DNA of 64,000 nucleotides from an uncultured bacterium (GTDB lineage Bacteria; Babelota; Babeliae; Babelales; Vermiphilaceae): NCBI GenBank assembly GCA_963840685.1, contig CAWIZM010000001.1, positions 752,286 to 816,285 of the forward strand, read 5' to 3'. Shown piece by piece: positions 60,342 to 64,000 of this stretch (position 1 is its first letter; each line of letters starts with the position of its first letter). The notes under the pieces were generated by a model. It saw only the letters and a program-made list of their open reading frames with translations, ran no database searches and was not told where the DNA came from. The position numbers and the translations under genes were made by a program.

Positions 60342-61112
60342 TTAGTATGTACATACTATTATTTTTTGCAATTTTTGAAAGTCTAAACTCGCACTGCCAA
60401 TTAAGAATCCGTTGATACCAGCGACTGCTTTTAACTGTGCGGCATTGTTTTCATCAACGCTTCCGCCATACAGAAAGGTGATTTGTGTATTTGGTAGGTG
60501 TCTTACGCAATAGTCACGCAACCAAGCAAAGACTGCTGTCAGGTAGTCTGTTGGAGGGGTAATGCCGGTACCGATAGCCCAGATTGGTTCATAGGCGATA
60601 ATGCACGCATTATGCGTATGCGCGGTGAGTGCTTCACTGGTGAGCATCTTGCGTATGGGAAGTAATTGTTGTTCCAAGAGCGCATAGGTGTTGTTTTGCT
60701 CATACTCTGTTTTTGTTTCACCAATGCAGATGATTGGTGTAATGTTTTGTTCAAGTAAACAGTTAACTTTTTTTCCTATTTGCTCGTTTGTTTCGCCATA
60801 ATAGGCACGCGCTTCACTGTGGCCAATAATGCAATAGGTGCATCCAACTTGTGCAAGTGATGGTGCATCTACCTGACCGGTATAGGCACCATGCATATAT
60901 TCTGAGCAGTTTTGTGCACTAACATGGAGCGCGCTGTTTGCAAATAATTGGGCTATGGCATGCAGGGCAGGGAATGACGGTGCTATCACCAGGGTAGTAT
61001 CTGGATAGGCGCTCAACTGCAGGAGTGCTGGTTGATTATGCGTGCAAAAGGTGAGCGATTGTTCAAATGAACTATTCATTTTCCAGTTTGCTATGTATAA
61101 AAATGGCTTCAT
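60342..61112 (-). CDS. tpiA: Triosephosphate isomerase (start at internal Met; the ORF extension to 61202 runs through a repeat element)
   Basis: YIANWKMN, AYEPIWAIGTG, GGSV motifs. Confidence 0.88.
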   Translation of the reverse strand: MKPFLYIANWKMNSSFEQSLTFCTHNQPALLQLSAYPDTTLVIAPSFPALHAIAQLFANSALHVSAQNCSEYMHGAYTGQVDAPSLAQVGCTYCIIGHSEARAYYGETNEQIGKKVNCLLEQNITPIICIGETKTEYEQNNTYALLEQQLLPIRKMLTSEALTAHTHNACIIAYEPIWAIGTGITPPTDYLTAVFAWLRDYCVRHLPNTQITFLYGGSVDENNAAQLKAVAGINGFLIGSASLDFQKLQKIIVCTY

Positions 61113-61124
61113 ATAGTTGGCGGA

Positions 61125-61235
61125 TGTATAGTTTTTTTCCTGGATTGGCCTGCCCGCCATAGCTTCAGCGACGGCTGGGCTTCGCAGCTCCGACTTCGCC
61201 AAGGCTTCGACGGATACCCTCGCCCACCGTTATAT
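61125..61235. repeat. GC-rich palindromic repeat element
   Basis: cctgcccgccatagcttcagcgacggctgggc...cgccaaggcttcgacgga shared with other copies, including the in-CDS copies. Confidence 0.7.
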
Positions 61236-61237
61236 TG

Positions 61238-62692
61238 TTACTGCAAATATTTCTTCAACAAATCCTGAATAATCTTCGGATTACCTTTGCCCTTAGTCTG
61301 CTTCATAGCCTCACCAACAAAGAATCCAAAGATTCTTTCGTTACCAGATTTGTACGTAGCAACTTGCCCAGGATTATTGTCTACAATCGCCTTAATAAGC
61401 GCTTCCAACTCTTCCGTAACTCCAATTTGCTCAAGTCCTTTTTCCTTCACAATCTCAGCAGGGTTTCCGCCAGTTTGCGCAACAATTTCAAAAACTTCTT
61501 TGGCAGCATGGTTGTTGATCGTATCTTTGCTGAGCATATCAAGAATAGCAGCCAACTTTTCAGGCGTAATTTTAAATTCTTTTAAGCTGATTTTATGCTC
61601 ATTTAAGTACCCAATAACGTCACGCAATATCCAGTTGATAACCTGCTTGTTTGGGTTACATTGCATGGTTTCATCAAAGTAGTTAGCAAGCTCAAGATCA
61701 TCAACTAAAATTTCCGCTTCATAGGGAGTTAATCCTTGCTGTGAGCAAAAGCGATCAAACTTCTGGTGCGGTAATTCAGGCATCAACGTGCGTATGGCAT
61801 TAATTTGTGCTTCATCAATTTTGATAATTGGCAAATCTGGATCTGGGAAGTAACGATAATCAGCAGCTTCTTCTTTGCTACGCATGGTAACCGTTTTATT
61901 CTTTGCCCATAACCGTGTTTCTTGACGTACTACGCCGCCTTCATTGAGCAACTCTATCTGTCTTTCAATTTCATATTCAATTGCATCACTAATAAATTTG
62001 AACGAGTTGATGTTTTTTAGTTCGCATCGAGTACCAAGCTTAGCGGCTCCTTTTTTGCGTACAGAGATGTTTGTATCTGCACGGAAAGCACCTTCTTCCA
62101 TATTGCCAGTGCACACGCCAATGTATTGAACGATTGAGCGTAAGGCTTTTAAATATGTTTTTGCTTCATAGGCATTGGCTATGTCTGGTTCACTTACAAT
62201 TTCAAGCAGTGGTGTACCAGCACGGTTAAGATCTACAAAGCTTTCATTGCTGAATTCAGCATGGATACTTTTACCTGCATCTTCTTCGATATGGATGCGT
62301 GTGAGGCGTATGTTTTTAATGGTGCCATCTTCTAAGCGAATGGGAATAGAGCCCTTGATACAGACCGGTTCATACGCTTGGGTGATTTGATAATCTTTGG
62401 GCAAATCTGGGTAAAAATAATGTTTACGATCAAAACGAGATTGTGCTGCAATGGTACAATTGGTTGCAAGGCCGGTAAGAATCGCGTGATCAACTACTTT
62501 TTTATTAAGAACGGGTAATACACCCGGATAACCCGCGCAAATAATACAAAGATGGCTGTTTGGATCCTTGGGCACATGGTTTGGTGTTGCACAAAAGATT
62601 TTACTTTCAGTCATCAGTTGTACATGAACTTCTATACCTATGGTTGCCTCATAGTCAGGATACCTATCTAAAACAGAAGTGGTGCTAGACAC
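61238..62692 (-). CDS. gatB: Asp/Glu-tRNA amidotransferase subunit B
   Basis: GIEVHVQL start, GatB catalytic and YqeY-like tail. Confidence 0.92.
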   Translation of the reverse strand: MSSTTSVLDRYPDYEATIGIEVHVQLMTESKIFCATPNHVPKDPNSHLCIICAGYPGVLPVLNKKVVDHAILTGLATNCTIAAQSRFDRKHYFYPDLPKDYQITQAYEPVCIKGSIPIRLEDGTIKNIRLTRIHIEEDAGKSIHAEFSNESFVDLNRAGTPLLEIVSEPDIANAYEAKTYLKALRSIVQYIGVCTGNMEEGAFRADTNISVRKKGAAKLGTRCELKNINSFKFISDAIEYEIERQIELLNEGGVVRQETRLWAKNKTVTMRSKEEAADYRYFPDPDLPIIKIDEAQINAIRTLMPELPHQKFDRFCSQQGLTPYEAEILVDDLELANYFDETMQCNPNKQVINWILRDVIGYLNEHKISLKEFKITPEKLAAILDMLSKDTINNHAAKEVFEIVAQTGGNPAEIVKEKGLEQIGVTEELEALIKAIVDNNPGQVATYKSGNERIFGFFVGEAMKQTKGKGNPKIIQDLLKKYLQ

Positions 62693-62791
62693 GTAGTTCC
62701 TTTCATTAAAATAGCTTTTTTATTTTTAATATGTTTTTTGTAACAACACGTGAAGTCATTGGTTTTTTATGATTTTCTGGTTGCTACTCTA

Positions 62792-64000
62792 TCACGTTTT
62801 TTCAATTTTGTATTCATGAAGAATAGGGGAGTCATTACTTTCCAGAGTAATCTTGGTGCCATACGCTTTTTCTAGGTCCAAGATAGCGTTATATTCGATT
62901 GAGCTTATGTAATCAAAGATACGCTGGTTCACTTGAAGGGTAACATTCTTTTGTTTTTTTAGCGTAGCAAGGGAATTTTTAAGTGCTCGTAATATCATGT
63001 AGCATTCGGTTTGCACTGATTTTACAAAGCCAGATCCGCAACAGGTAGGGCAAGTATCGGTAAGTTGTTGTACCAACGTTTTTCCTGACCTTTTTCTGGT
63101 CATTTGCACCAAACCAAATTCCGAAATTTTAAGCACTACCGATTGGAACTTGTCATTTTCACGCAATATTTTTTCAAAAAATCTAAAAACTTTTTGTCTG
63201 TTTGAAGCAGTTGCCATATCGATAAAGTCGATAACAATAAGGCCACCTATATTGCGCAGTCTGAGTTGGCGTACCGTTTCTTCAGCGGCTTCCATATTTG
63301 TTTTAAATATGGTCTCTTCAAGCGAGCCTTTTCCAATGAATTTACCGGTATTAACATCAACTACCGTCATAGCTTCTGTTGTTTCGATAATCAGAGATCC
63401 GCCTGATTTCAGTAAAACCTTCTTTTCAAGCGTAAGCGCTATCTGCTTTTCGATATGGTAATGATCAAAAATACTTGAATCGCCGGTATATAATTGCACT
63501 TTATGGCAATATTCACTCGCCGTTGATTTAATAAAATTGTAGATATTATTTTGGGTCTGCTTGTTGTCAGTTATAATCGCTTCGACGTCATCATCTAAGT
63601 GATCACGGACAATTTGCAGTGGGAGCGGAATATCTTCATACAGCTTTTCTGTAGGTTTCGCGTTTTCAAACTTCTTTTCAATAGATCGCCAGGTAGCGAT
63701 CAAATAATCTAAATCAGCACCAATTTCTTGCGCAGTACGACCTTCTGCCGTGGTTCTGATGATGCCACCCATGCCTTCAGGTAAATGATTTTTTACGATC
63801 TCTTTAAGTCTGATACGTTCTTCTTTTTCGGCTATCTTTTTTGAGACACCAAGCCGTGATATGTTGGGCATGAGCACCACAAATCGTCCCGGTAGCGCAA
63901 AGCAGGTGGTGAGCTTTGCTCCCTTTTCATATACCGGTTCTTTGCTGACCTGTACCAGAATTTGTTCGCCCTCGCGTAAAATTTTGCTGATGTCCAGCTG
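62792..64000 (-). CDS. rng: RNase G/E catalytic domain protein (5' part beyond the window end)
   Basis: GGIIRTTAEG, ALPGRFVVLMP (reading frame open upstream of 63880 to the window edge). Confidence 0.8.
   Translation of the reverse strand, partial: QLDISKILREGEQILVQVSKEPVYEKGAKLTTCFALPGRFVVLMPNISRLGVSKKIAEKEERIRLKEIVKNHLPEGMGGIIRTTAEGRTAQEIGADLDYLIATWRSIEKKFENAKPTEKLYEDIPLPLQIVRDHLDDDVEAIITDNKQTQNNIYNFIKSTASEYCHKVQLYTGDSSIFDHYHIEKQIALTLEKKVLLKSGGSLIIETTEAMTVVDVNTGKFIGKGSLEETIFKTNMEAAEETVRQLRLRNIGGLIVIDFIDMATASNRQKVFRFFEKILRENDKFQSVVLKISEFGLVQMTRKRSGKTLVQQLTDTCPTCCGSGFVKSVQTECYMILRALKNSLATLKKQKNVTLQVNQRIFDYISSIEYNAILDLEKAYGTKITLESNDSPILHEYKIEKT

Noticed and set aside
60342-61202. 286-aa tpiA ORF with a 30-aa N-terminal extension
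   Set aside because: The extension is encoded by the GC-rich repeat at 61125..61235. The conserved TIM start MKPFLYIANWKMN begins at 61112, so the extension is probably not translated.
1-64000. tRNA, rRNA or CRISPR arrays
   Set aside because: No T-loop-like GGTTCGA(A/T)TCC motifs in a tRNA context and no regularly spaced direct repeats were found. None called.

Overview
AT-rich (~35-40% GC) bacterial window carrying two kinds of genes. One is clearly recognisable housekeeping genes: ndk, rpsA, a periplasmic thioredoxin lipoprotein, glk, an hpt-like PRTase, two prs paralogues flanking pth, skp, nrdA, a frameshifted nrdB, aspS, eno, moxR, dcd, mlaF, mlaE, secG, tpiA, gatB and rng/rne (partial). 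The other is lineage-specific secreted or eukaryote-like proteins: a five-gene tandem array of ankyrin/F-box-like paralogues, a cluster of cysteine-rich secreted paralogues, a three-member membrane-protein family, a standalone ankyrin protein, a TMTC-like TPR glycosyltransferase, a secreted kinase-fold protein and a Bro-N protein. This profile fits an obligate intracellular amoeba-associated bacterium such as Dependentiae/TM6, Chlamydiae-like or Rickettsiales-like; that is inference only. A T2SS-like gspC-gspD-gspL-gspM operon sits next to a fragmented second secretin. Mobile and repeat content comprises a frameshifted IS630-family transposase and a family of GC-rich palindromic repeats that occur intergenically and, RPE-like, in-frame inside glk and a secreted-protein gene. 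There is also a 150-bp MITE-like element with perfect 29-bp terminal inverted repeats, and a duplicated promoter plus signal-peptide cassette, one copy of which is fused to a prs paralogue. Many genes are split by frameshifts (nrdB twice, arylsulfatase, secretin 2, transposase, ankyrin paralogue 4, one Cys-rich paralogue), so this is either ongoing pseudogenisation or indel-prone assembly. No rRNA, tRNA or CRISPR array was seen.
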